Assembly (NCBI GenBank): GCA_050253415.1
Contig: JBFWJC010000002.1
Span: 384,001-448,000, forward strand
DNA: 64,000 nucleotides
From: Pedobacter sp.
Lineage (GTDB): Bacteria > Desulfobacterota > Desulfuromonadia > Desulfuromonadales > Syntrophotaleaceae
Reading direction: 5' to 3'
Translations under genes and position numbers: made by a program
Shown here: positions 20,469-29,406 of the stretch, piece after piece
How positions within the stretch are numbered: the stretch's first letter is position 1
How the letters are laid out: each line of letters opens with the position of its first letter
Notes under the pieces: model-generated
Told to the model about the DNA's origin: nothing
What the model saw: only the letters and a program-made list of their open reading frames with translations
Database searches by the model: none

Positions 20469-21689
20469 ATGAAATCGCAACCTGAATTGCTGGCACCTGC
20501 CGGTAATATGGAAAAACTTGAAACCGCCTTGCTGTATGGGGCTGATGCTGTTTATGTAGGCGGAGAGCAATTCGGTCTGCGGGCTCAGGCAGGCAACTTT
20601 ACTCTGGAACAGTTGGCCAGAGCGAGGGAGCTGACCCTGCGCTTTAACCGGCGACTGTATCTGACCCTGAACGCTTATCTCATGCCCGGTGAAACGGATG
20701 CCTGCGCCGCCTATCTTGAACAATTGCGCGACCTGGATCTGGATGCCTATATCGTGGCTGACCCTGGGGTTCTCGCCCTGGTGCGGGCTGGCGACCCCGA
20801 CCGGGAAATCCATCTCTCCACCCAGGCCAATACGACCAATGCCGAGGCGGCCCGGTTCTGGTCCCTGGCCGGAGTGCGGCGTATCAACCTGGCTCGCGAA
20901 CTGAGTATGGAAGATATCCGTGCTGTGCGTTCCGCAACCGATGTTGAACTGGAAGTTTTTGTGCATGGTGCCATGTGCGTGGCTTATTCCGGCCGTTGTC
21001 TATTGTCGGCAGCACTGACGGAGCGTGGTGCGAATCGGGGCTTATGCACTCAGCCCTGCCGCTGGAGCTACGCCCTGATGGAGAAAACCCGCCCCGGGCA
21101 GTATTTTCCCATCGAGGAGGATGCGCGTGGCAGTTATTTGATGAATAGCCGGGATCTGTGCCTGCTTGCCCAGCTGCCCCAGTTGATCGATGCCGGCGTC
21201 GATAGCCTCAAGATCGAGGGGCGCATGAAAAGCCGCTATTACGTAGCGGCGGTAACCCGGGTCTACCGGAAGGCGTTGGACAGTTACCTGGAAAACCCTG
21301 CCGACTGGCGTTGTCAAGCAAGCTGGCGCGAGGAACTGGAAAGTGTCAGCCATCGGCCTTACAGTACCGGTTTTTTCCTCGGTAAGGATGATCCGCAGTT
21401 GCAGACTGACCACGGTGGTTACATCCGTCGTTGCGATTTCGTCGGGGAGGTGTCCCGGGTGGATGTCGACGGACGTGGGCTGGTGATCGGGCGCAATCGC
21501 TTTTTCCCCGGGGAAAAGCTGGAGTTAATCGGGCCGGACATGCGTCAGGCCAGTTTCGAAGTGAGCGATCCTATGACCGAGGGGGGGGCACCGTTGTCGG
21601 TGGTGCAGCCCAATGCCCAAGCGCTGCTGCCTCTGCCTGCGGGAGCCCAGGCGGGGGATCTGCTGCGCCGCAATCGGGTGGAAGATTAG
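20469..21689 (+). CDS. U32-family protein (TrhP/YegQ-like tRNA hydroxylation)
   Basis: PELLAPAG, HLSTQAN, EVFVHGAMCVAYSGRC..NRG.C.Q.CR and SLKIEGRMK motifs. Confidence 0.9.
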   Translation: MKSQPELLAPAGNMEKLETALLYGADAVYVGGEQFGLRAQAGNFTLEQLARARELTLRFNRRLYLTLNAYLMPGETDACAAYLEQLRDLDLDAYIVADPGVLALVRAGDPDREIHLSTQANTTNAEAARFWSLAGVRRINLARELSMEDIRAVRSATDVELEVFVHGAMCVAYSGRCLLSAALTERGANRGLCTQPCRWSYALMEKTRPGQYFPIEEDARGSYLMNSRDLCLLAQLPQLIDAGVDSLKIEGRMKSRYYVAAVTRVYRKALDSYLENPADWRCQASWREELESVSHRPYSTGFFLGKDDPQLQTDHGGYIRRCDFVGEVSRVDVDGRGLVIGRNRFFPGEKLELIGPDMRQASFEVSDPMTEGGAPLSVVQPNAQALLPLPAGAQAGDLLRRNRVED

Positions 21690-21727
21690 GACTCTGTAGA
21701 CCAGCATGGTTCGGGAAAAGTATTTTC

Positions 21728-21988
21728 ACCACGAAGATCACGAGAAGATCAAAGACAAGGATTTAAATCGACATTTTAACCAAATTCATGACTCGTGTTT
21801 TTAACGTTTTTGATATGTTTGCTTACGGAAACCTTCAATTCATGTATCAACAGGGATATACAGGATACGCAGGATTAAAACCAAAGGCCTTTGGGGGTAA
21901 GATCTCATCCTGTCTATCCTGAATATCCCTGTTCGTGGTAGCTTTGTCGTTATTGGAACTTCTCCATGTCCTTCGTGCTCTTCGTGGT
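21728..21988. repeat. Nested inverted-repeat element built from 9-bp units (copy 3)
   Basis: Outer arms 21728-21744 and 21962-21988; inner arms 21849-21875 and 21907-21933 around the palindrome ccaaaggcctttgg. 21905-21988 is the reverse complement of 9490-9573 with one mismatch. Confidence 0.9.
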
Positions 21989-22038
21989 GAATAAGAGAAA
22001 AATCTTCAAGTATGCACGCGACTGAACAGACGTCTGGC

Positions 22039-22683
22039 TCAAAGGTTCGGCTCGCGCGTCTGCCAGATGCGGCGGGTGCCCAGGTCGCAGGCGGTCAGGG
22101 TGCCGCCATACACCGCACCGGTGTCCAGTCCGATGCGGCGCGATCCGAAATACGGTTTGCGCAGGGGAGTGTGGCCAAACACCACCGTTTTGCCCCAGTC
22201 GGTGGTCGATGTCAGAAACGTATCGCGGATCCACAGCAGATCGTCTTCGGTTTGCTGCCTTAGGGGATAGCCCGGGCGTAGGCCGGCATGCACGAAAATA
22301 TGCTTGCCCGTTTCGTGGAAGCGTTGCAAGCTGTTGAAAAAATGCCGATGGGCGGCAGGTAGCTGCAGATGGCCTTTGTCCAGATAGGCGAGCAGGGTGA
22401 CAAGCCCGCCGTTGGCCAGATACAGTGGCAGGTTGCGGCCGTCCAGCACATCGAGCAGCATGCGTTCGTGATTGCCCATTAAAAAGATGCTCCGCGGAAC
22501 TCTGCGGTGCAGGATCAGCAGGGTTTCCACTACCCCGCGCGGGTCGGGGCCGCGGTCGATATAGTCACCGAGAAACACGATACGGTCATGACGGGTCGGG
22601 TTTATTCGGGTCAGCAGGTTCTGCAGGGCGTATCGGCAGCCATGGATGTCGCCGATAGCCAGCAATCTTCCGCGCCGTTTCAT
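22039..22683 (-). CDS. Calcineurin-like metallophosphoesterase (PphA-like Ser/Thr phosphatase)
   Basis: GDIHG, GDYIDRG, GNHE, VHAG, FGHTP and DTGAV motifs. Confidence 0.92.
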   Translation of the reverse strand: MKRRGRLLAIGDIHGCRYALQNLLTRINPTRHDRIVFLGDYIDRGPDPRGVVETLLILHRRVPRSIFLMGNHERMLLDVLDGRNLPLYLANGGLVTLLAYLDKGHLQLPAAHRHFFNSLQRFHETGKHIFVHAGLRPGYPLRQQTEDDLLWIRDTFLTSTTDWGKTVVFGHTPLRKPYFGSRRIGLDTGAVYGGTLTACDLGTRRIWQTREPNL

Positions 22684-22772
22684 GGTGAACTCCTTTAGGG
22701 GCATGCTGATAACTTCCTGATATTACTATAGCTCCGGCCAAGGTATCCGGCAAGGCAGCTGAAGGATGTCTT

Positions 22773-24077
22773 ATGATTACCAGCCCGCGATCCCGGTCCG
22801 TATTTCTGGCCCAGAACGGTACCCTGCTATTTTTGCTGGTGCTGCTGTTTCTGTTCGCCCGTGGCCCTGATCTGTTGTATGGAGCCCTGAGCTTGTTGCT
22901 GCTGGCTGCCTATCATGCACTGGTGAATTATTACTTCACGCCTCGCCAGATCCTGCAGGCTCGCTTGATGACGGTGCATCTGGGGACCTATCTGCTGTTG
23001 TGTACCCTGGTTATCCGGGCTACCACGGAAGCGGATGAGGAAAGTCTCTATTGGATTGTTTACCTTCTTCCCATTACCACTGCCGCCGCCAACCTTAATT
23101 TGTTGCGAACCCTGGCGGTCTGCTGTCTTTCTTCGTTATTGTATGGCGCACTTTTCCCGCAAAGCCTCTATCTGAATCCGCAATCGCGCCCCGAAGAACT
23201 GCCGGAACTGCTGATCCTGGTGACGACCTTTTTTATTATCGGGGTGTTGGTGCAATCCTTTTCCGAAAGCCAGCGACGCAGCCTCGATCTGCAGGAAAAG
23301 CTCAACAGGCGTCTCATCAGTAATAGAAAGACCCTGCAGGACTCCCTGCGTAAACTGCGCAACGCAGAAGAAAACCTGCGGCGTAAGGACAGATTGTCTG
23401 CGTTGGGGCGGTTGTCCGCAGGCATGGCGCATGAAATTCGTAACCCGTTGGGCATTATTTCCTCATCGGTACAACTGTTGGCCAAGAAGCTGGGGCCCCG
23501 CACCGATGACATTCAGCAATTGGTATCCGTGGTGCAGGAAGAGGTTCAGCGCCTTAATGGCCTGATCAACGATTTTATAAAATTCGGCAGACCCGCTGCT
23601 CCGGATCGTCACGATTGCGATATCCGACAACTGGTGGAACGTACCGTGCAGGAATGTCAGCCCCTGGCGCAACAACGCGACGTGCAACTGGTATCGGAGT
23701 GTCCCACCGATCCTCTGGAGGCTTGGGTAGACAGCGGGCTGTTGCGGCAGGCGCTGCTCAATCTGGTTATCAATGCGCTGGAGGCCACCCCACCCCAAGG
23801 GCAAGTGAAAGTACGCTTGAGAGCCGCGGGACAGGGGGTAAGGTTCGAGATTCACAATACCGGTTCCATTATTCCCGAGGAGATGCAATCGCGCATTTTC
23901 GATCTCTTTGTCACCACCAAGGACCGCGGTTCCGGGCTTGGACTGGCCAATGCCCACCAGATCGTCATCGTCCATGGCGGTGAGATGCGCGTGCACAGCA
24001 CCCCGGAAGATGGCACGATGTTCAGTATATGGATACCCCTGCGTGAGGAAATCGATGAATCACATTCTCGTGGTTGA
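22773..24077 (+). CDS. Membrane sensor histidine kinase (NtrB/AtoS-like)
   Basis: N-terminal TM bundle; AHEIRNPL H-box; NLVINALEA; GSGLGL. Confidence 0.93.
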   Translation: MITSPRSRSVFLAQNGTLLFLLVLLFLFARGPDLLYGALSLLLLAAYHALVNYYFTPRQILQARLMTVHLGTYLLLCTLVIRATTEADEESLYWIVYLLPITTAAANLNLLRTLAVCCLSSLLYGALFPQSLYLNPQSRPEELPELLILVTTFFIIGVLVQSFSESQRRSLDLQEKLNRRLISNRKTLQDSLRKLRNAEENLRRKDRLSALGRLSAGMAHEIRNPLGIISSSVQLLAKKLGPRTDDIQQLVSVVQEEVQRLNGLINDFIKFGRPAAPDRHDCDIRQLVERTVQECQPLAQQRDVQLVSECPTDPLEAWVDSGLLRQALLNLVINALEATPPQGQVKVRLRAAGQGVRFEIHNTGSIIPEEMQSRIFDLFVTTKDRGSGLGLANAHQIVIVHGGEMRVHSTPEDGTMFSIWIPLREEIDESHSRG

Positions 24078-25419
24078 TGATGAAAAGAACTACCTGGTGG
24101 TTTTGTCGGCATTGCTCAGCGATGCTGGCTACAAAGTATCCACCGTTGACAATCCGTTTGCAGCCCTTGAGTTGTTATCCCGTGAGCCGATCTCACTGGT
24201 ACTGTCCGATTTGAAGATGCCGCGCATGGACGGCCTGGAGTTCTACCGTCGTGCCCAGCAGGAATGCGGCCCCGTGCCGTTTATTGTCCTGACCGCGTTT
24301 GCCACCGTGGAGAGTGCCCTTGAAGCGATCAAGGCCGGGGTTTTCGATTACCTCATGAAGCCGTTCAATAACGAGGAGATCCTCCTGACGGTCGCCAAGG
24401 CTCTCGATTTTTCCCGCTTGCAAACGGAGAACGCTTCCCTTAAACGCCAATTGGAACTGATCCGCAAGGGGGACCTCATCGGGGAAAGTTTGCCGATCCG
24501 CCAGTTGCTGGAGGATGTTGCCCGCGTGGCACCGGCCCGCACATCGATCATGATCATGGGCGAAAGCGGATCCGGGAAGGAACTTGTCGCCCGGATGCTG
24601 CATCATGCAAGTCCGAGGGCGGAAGGCCCGCTGGTGACGGTCAATTGCGCAACCTTTACGGAAACCTTGCTGGCGAGCGAGCTTTTCGGCCATGAACGCG
24701 GCGCTTTTACCGGTGCGGTGGAACGAAAGCGGGGCTTGCTGGAGATTGCCAACGGCGGCACCCTGTTTCTTGATGAAATCGGCGAATTCCCCTTAAGCCT
24801 GCAACCCAAGCTGTTGCGGGTCCTGCAGGAACGCCGCTTTCGCCGGGTTGGCGGCACCGTAGAGCTCGAAACCGATGTGCGTCTGGTGGCAGCCACCAAC
24901 CGTGAATTGCGGGCTATGGTCGAGGACGGCAGCTTTCGTGAAGATCTTTATTACCGCCTGAACGTGGTTTCGTTGCAGGTGCCGCCGTTGCGTGAACGCG
25001 GGGACGATATTTCCCTTCTGGCCATGTACTTTTTGCGGCGGTTTGCCCACGAACTGGGCCGGGGGGTGACGGCCATAGCGTCTGACGCACTGGCGATCAT
25101 GCAGCAATATCCCTGGCCGGGCAATGTACGGGAATTGCAGAATGCCATGGAGCGCGGTGTGCTGTTCTGCAAAGGGACCGTGCTGCAGGTGGACGACTTG
25201 CCAGATGCCCTCAGACCGGCAAAATCGGCCGACCCGGTAACGGAATGTATCCTTCCCGGTACCGACAAGCCCTTGCCCGATCTGTTGGAGGATGTCGAAC
25301 GTCAGCTTATCCATCAGGCCCTGGTAAAGGCCCGCGGTGTGCAGGCCCAGGCGGCCCAGTTGCTGGGCATCAGCCGTAGTAATCTGCAGTACAAGCTCAA
25401 AAAATATCAGCTGTTGTAA
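24055..25419 (+). CDS. Sigma54-dependent response regulator (NtrC family)
   Basis: Receiver ILVVDD..SDLKMP; GESGSGKE; ELFGHERGAFTGA; Fis-type HTH. Confidence 0.95.
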   Translation: MNHILVVDDEKNYLVVLSALLSDAGYKVSTVDNPFAALELLSREPISLVLSDLKMPRMDGLEFYRRAQQECGPVPFIVLTAFATVESALEAIKAGVFDYLMKPFNNEEILLTVAKALDFSRLQTENASLKRQLELIRKGDLIGESLPIRQLLEDVARVAPARTSIMIMGESGSGKELVARMLHHASPRAEGPLVTVNCATFTETLLASELFGHERGAFTGAVERKRGLLEIANGGTLFLDEIGEFPLSLQPKLLRVLQERRFRRVGGTVELETDVRLVAATNRELRAMVEDGSFREDLYYRLNVVSLQVPPLRERGDDISLLAMYFLRRFAHELGRGVTAIASDALAIMQQYPWPGNVRELQNAMERGVLFCKGTVLQVDDLPDALRPAKSADPVTECILPGTDKPLPDLLEDVERQLIHQALVKARGVQAQAAQLLGISRSNLQYKLKKYQLL

Positions 25420-25485
25420 TTTGAACCCCGTGCCGTTAATCCTGCCTTTTTGATTCCGGGGTTTTCAGACGCCGTCTGTGGGGGG

Positions 25486-25544
25486 TGTTGAAAACTTTTG
25501 ACATTTCCTCTTTGTGCCCCGGTAGATGTAAAGAAATTTATACA
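25486..25544. promoter_or_regulatory. Two TGT-N12-ACA dyads, candidate enhancer sites for the adjacent regulator
   Basis: tgttgaaaacttttgaca (25486-25503) and tgtaaagaaatttataca (25527-25544), upstream of a sigma54 motif. Confidence 0.6.
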
Positions 25545-25595
25545 TTCAGCGACCAACCACGTTCGTAACTTCCCGAATAAACATAGATTTCTTTC

Positions 25596-25611
25596 TGGCC
25601 CACAGCTTGCT
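25596..25611 (+). promoter_or_regulatory. Sigma54 (-24/-12) promoter
   Basis: TGGCCC-ACAGC-TTGCT matches TGGCAC-N5-TTGCW with exact GG/GC spacing. Confidence 0.75.
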
Positions 25612-25694
25612 AAACACCCTCTTGCGAAGATCGGCCGACCGGCCGGGTCTCATCAATAGAAATATTGATCAACCACGCTGTTGAGGGGGGATTT

Positions 25695-27629
25695 GTGGGT
25701 AAGGATGTTACGGATAAAAAATTTTCGATGACAGATCGATTACGGCCGCTGGTGCTGTTGGGTGCGGTTTACCTTGGTCTTTCGCTGCTGTTAAGGGTGG
25801 TGTTGTGGTGGCAGTTCGGCCTGAATGAAGGCGTGGCCCCGTTGGCCCTTCCGGCGGTTCTGGCCTTGGGTGTCTGGCAGGATGCTCTGGTTCTGCCATT
25901 TGTGCTGGGGCCTTTGGCGGTACTGCTGTGTCTGCTCCCCGCTGGATGGGCAGAGCGGCGCTGGTTGCGGTTCACGCTGGGTAGCCTGTTGTATCTGTTG
26001 TTGTTCGGCTTGATGTACCTGCCGTTTGTCGAATTCTTCTTCTTCCAGGAATTCGATGCCCGCTTCAATCTGGTGGCGGTCGACTATCTGATTTACCCCC
26101 ACGAGGTTCTGGTCAATATCTGGGAAAGTTATCCGGTCGGCTGGGTTTTGCTGGCGGTTGGTATGGTGGCTCTGTTGCTGCACCGTCTGTTATGGCCGGC
26201 GTTCCGGCGCGGCTTTCGTAGCCGCTGTCCGATCAAGCTGCGTCTGCGCATCGCGGGTGTCTGGCTGTTGCTGGCGTTTACCGCCGCGATGTTGCCCGGC
26301 CTTGGTGCCCGATCTTCCAATCGGGTCGCCGCCGAACTGAGCGCCAATGGTCTGCGTAGTCTGGTCCAGGCCTTCTGCACCAACGAACTCAGTTATGTCA
26401 AATATTATCGGACCGTCGAGGATTCGCAGGCGTTCGCCCTGATGCGGCGTCACTACGGGGTGCCTGAGGCCTCGGCTGCTCCATACGATCTCAACCGTTC
26501 CGTACCCGAAAGGGCCGACGGCTTCGGGCCTATGAATGTTGTGGTGATTGTCGAAGAGTCGTTTGGTGCAGGGTTCGTTGGCGCTTACGGCGATGAACGC
26601 GGCTTGACGCCGGCCTTTGACCGACTGGCCGCCGAAAGCTTGCGGTTCGGCAATGCCTTTGCCACCGGTACCCGTACCGTACGCGGTCTCGAGGCCATTA
26701 CCCTGTCTTTGCCGCCGATCCCCAGCGAATCGGTGGTTAAACGACCCGGTTGCGAAGGATTGGCCAACTGGGGACAGATCATGAAGACCCATGGCTATAA
26801 CACCAGCTTTCTGTATGGTGGTTACGGGTACTTCGACAACATGAATCATTTTTACGGCAACAACGGCTTTACCCTCAGCGACCGCACCGATATCGCCGAT
26901 CCCCGCTTTGCCAATATCTGGGGGGTGTCCGATGAGGATCTGCTGGAGCACGCGCTTGACTACTACGACGGTGAACATGCCGGCGGCAAGCCGTTTTTCT
27001 CCATCGTTATGACCACCTCAAACCATAGTCCGTACACCTTCCCCGCGGGTATTCCCGGCATTCCTGCCGAGGGCGGCGGCCGCAAAGCCGGGGTGAAGTA
27101 TGCCGATTACGCCCTTGGTCGGTTCATGGATGCAGCCAAGAAGCACGCCTGGTATGACAATACCCTGTTCGTGATCGTGGCGGACCACGACGCCCGCGTG
27201 TATGGCCGTGCTCAGGTGCCTGTTGAGCACTATCGTATTCCTTTGTTGTTTCATGCGCCGGCAAGATTGTCGCCAAAGGTTTGCGAGACGGCCATCAGCC
27301 AGATGGATATTGCTCCGACGGTGCTCGGCCTGCTGGGTATGGGTTATACGGCGCCGTTTTACGGCCAGGATGTTCTGCATCTGGCGCCGGGGGCGGATCA
27401 TCCGATTTTGTTGAATCATAACCATGATGTGGCGCTGCTTGATCAAGGACAGATGGTCGTACTGGGCCTGAACCACAGTGTCGATAGTTACAACTATGAT
27501 GCACAGCAGAAATTGTTGGCTCCGGCACCGCCGTTGTCGGAGTTGACCGATCTGGCGACGGCCTATTACCAGACCGCCTTCGAACTCTTTAAGCACCATG
27601 GATATATCCTGCATGATGAAAAAATTTGA
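25695..27629 (+). CDS. LTA synthase/phosphoglycerol transferase-family membrane protein (alkaline phosphatase superfamily)
   Basis: Five TM N-terminus; NVVVIVEES, catalytic Thr region TGTRTVRGLEA, TTSNHSPY, VADHD; likely GTG start after GAGGGG. Confidence 0.9.
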   Translation: MGKDVTDKKFSMTDRLRPLVLLGAVYLGLSLLLRVVLWWQFGLNEGVAPLALPAVLALGVWQDALVLPFVLGPLAVLLCLLPAGWAERRWLRFTLGSLLYLLLFGLMYLPFVEFFFFQEFDARFNLVAVDYLIYPHEVLVNIWESYPVGWVLLAVGMVALLLHRLLWPAFRRGFRSRCPIKLRLRIAGVWLLLAFTAAMLPGLGARSSNRVAAELSANGLRSLVQAFCTNELSYVKYYRTVEDSQAFALMRRHYGVPEASAAPYDLNRSVPERADGFGPMNVVVIVEESFGAGFVGAYGDERGLTPAFDRLAAESLRFGNAFATGTRTVRGLEAITLSLPPIPSESVVKRPGCEGLANWGQIMKTHGYNTSFLYGGYGYFDNMNHFYGNNGFTLSDRTDIADPRFANIWGVSDEDLLEHALDYYDGEHAGGKPFFSIVMTTSNHSPYTFPAGIPGIPAEGGGRKAGVKYADYALGRFMDAAKKHAWYDNTLFVIVADHDARVYGRAQVPVEHYRIPLLFHAPARLSPKVCETAISQMDIAPTVLGLLGMGYTAPFYGQDVLHLAPGADHPILLNHNHDVALLDQGQMVVLGLNHSVDSYNYDAQQKLLAPAPPLSELTDLATAYYQTAFELFKHHGYILHDEKI

Positions 27630-28329
27630 TAAAAAATTCTGGTGGTGGCATGCCGTGCTGCCGTTATTGCTGCTGGTGGCCGGAGTTGCGTTGTTTGAGT
27701 TGACCGATCTGGACCTGCGTTTTTCCGACCCTTTTTTTGATGCGGTGCACCATGTCTGGCCCGCTAAAAACAGCTGGTGGGCTGAAACGCTCATCCACCG
27801 CCGTGGACGGGATCTGGTTCTGATTACCGCCGTAAGTGCCTTGCTGTGCTGGGTGGTGTCGTTCGGCTGGGCGCGGTTGTGGCCGTGGCGGCGCATGGCG
27901 CTGTTTCTGGCCCTGTCCATCGGTATCAGTACCGGGCTGGTAGCCCTCGGCAAGGAGGTCACAAACCGCCATTGCCCTTGGGATTATCAACGTTACGGCG
28001 GGGATGTGCCTTATGTACGGATGTTCGAAGAGGCGCCACAGGCCTGTTCGAACGATGGCAATTGTTTTCCGGCCGGCCATGCAGCGGGTGGTTTCGCCAT
28101 GCTGAGCGGCTATTTCCTGTTTTATGGTCGCCGCCGTCGTTATGCCGTTGTCGCATTGCTGTTCGGGGTGTCTCTCGGTAGCCTTTTCGCGTACGGTCAG
28201 CTGGCGCGAGGTGCTCATTTCGTCTCGCATAACTTGTGGAGTGCCGCCCTTTGCTGGTACGTAGGGCTGGCATTATATGTTTGGGCCTTTCGAGGACGTC
28301 TTGAGACTGCCGGGTCCAGCCATGGCTGA
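27613..28329 (+). CDS. PAP2-family membrane phosphatase
   Basis: K...RHCPWD, CFPAGHA and QLARGAHFVSH motifs. Confidence 0.9.
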   Translation: MMKKFDKKFWWWHAVLPLLLLVAGVALFELTDLDLRFSDPFFDAVHHVWPAKNSWWAETLIHRRGRDLVLITAVSALLCWVVSFGWARLWPWRRMALFLALSIGISTGLVALGKEVTNRHCPWDYQRYGGDVPYVRMFEEAPQACSNDGNCFPAGHAAGGFAMLSGYFLFYGRRRRYAVVALLFGVSLGSLFAYGQLARGAHFVSHNLWSAALCWYVGLALYVWAFRGRLETAGSSHG

Positions 28330-28338
28330 GCGAAGGTT

Positions 28339-29136
28339 GTGGACGGTAGCCCGTCATGGGAGACGCGGATCATGATAGTTCGAAAATGGCTTGCTCGTTG
28401 CCGGGAACTCTGGCCGGAGGTATGTTTTGCCGGCAGCATCTATATCCTCCTGATCATGCTGTTCAGCCTGTTGCGCGGACTTTTGTTGTGGCGCAACCTT
28501 GGAGTCGCCGCCGATGTGCCTGCGGTCTTGCTGGCGCAAAGCTTCCGGGTTGGCTTGCGATTCGATCTGGCGGTTGCGGCCTATCTGGCCTTGCCTTTAC
28601 TGTTATTGCTGTTATGGCGTCGGGGACGCAGATGGCGTGTTCTTCTGCCGTGTTTTTATGTGCTGGTCGGACTAACGCTGTTGCTGGGGCTGGCAGAGAT
28701 AGAGTTTTATCACGCTGTTGGCAGTAGGTTTAATACCTTGGTGCTGAACGCCATGGGACACCCCTGGCGGTTGGTCCGGCTGCATTGGCAGGCATACCCG
28801 ATGTGGTCTTACCTTTCGTTATGGGGGGGGCTGATGCTTATTGTGATATTGGTCGGTCGCTGGGTGGAAAGAAGTCTACTGGGTTTTCGCGCCCGGCCCG
28901 GGGGGATAAGAGATGACATGCTGCATCTCATGGGATCGGTGGTGGTGCTGGCTTTGCTGGTGATCCTTTCGCGTGGTGGGGTCGGACATCAACCCTTGCG
29001 CCAGGGCGACGCGGTTTTTTGCAAGTCAACATTTGCCAATCAACTGGCCCTCAATGGTCTCTTTGCCTTGGGGCGGTGTGCGTGGGAAGAGCAAAAGCAG
29101 GCGGTACTTATTCCCACCCATCATGCAGCTTATTAG
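28339..29136 (+). CDS. Membrane protein resembling only the N-terminal domain of LTA synthase-family proteins (no catalytic domain)
   Basis: GLRFDL..AY, EIEFY....RFN and SRGG....PL....A.F....FANQLALNG motifs, then a stop codon; start uncertain (28339 or 28372). Confidence 0.65.
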   Translation: MDGSPSWETRIMIVRKWLARCRELWPEVCFAGSIYILLIMLFSLLRGLLLWRNLGVAADVPAVLLAQSFRVGLRFDLAVAAYLALPLLLLLLWRRGRRWRVLLPCFYVLVGLTLLLGLAEIEFYHAVGSRFNTLVLNAMGHPWRLVRLHWQAYPMWSYLSLWGGLMLIVILVGRWVERSLLGFRARPGGIRDDMLHLMGSVVVLALLVILSRGGVGHQPLRQGDAVFCKSTFANQLALNGLFALGRCAWEEQKQAVLIPTHHAAY

Positions 29137-29406
29137 TTGTCGTACCTTTCACGGGGCACATGCCGGGAAGGTATTTTGCTTGTATGCCAGCCTTGTATAG
29201 CTAAAATGCAATCTGTTATGCTGCATTTTCCGTAAAAATCGATTTAAGTTCGGCCAGATGCTCTCAACCGTGACTGTCGGTTGCGCAATCTTTCCTTTTT
29301 CTCCTCTCTTGCCCTTATTTATTCAGGCTGTTAGGGTGTTGAAATACGAAACTTGACGATCAGGGCTAGTGTGGACGGTTAACTGACTGCCAGAGACGAG
29401 ACATGT

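Noticed and set aside
9490..21988. Composite transposon or genomic island bounded by the 84-bp inverted repeats
   Set aside because: The enclosed genes are core housekeeping genes; no transposase, integrase or target duplication is seen.
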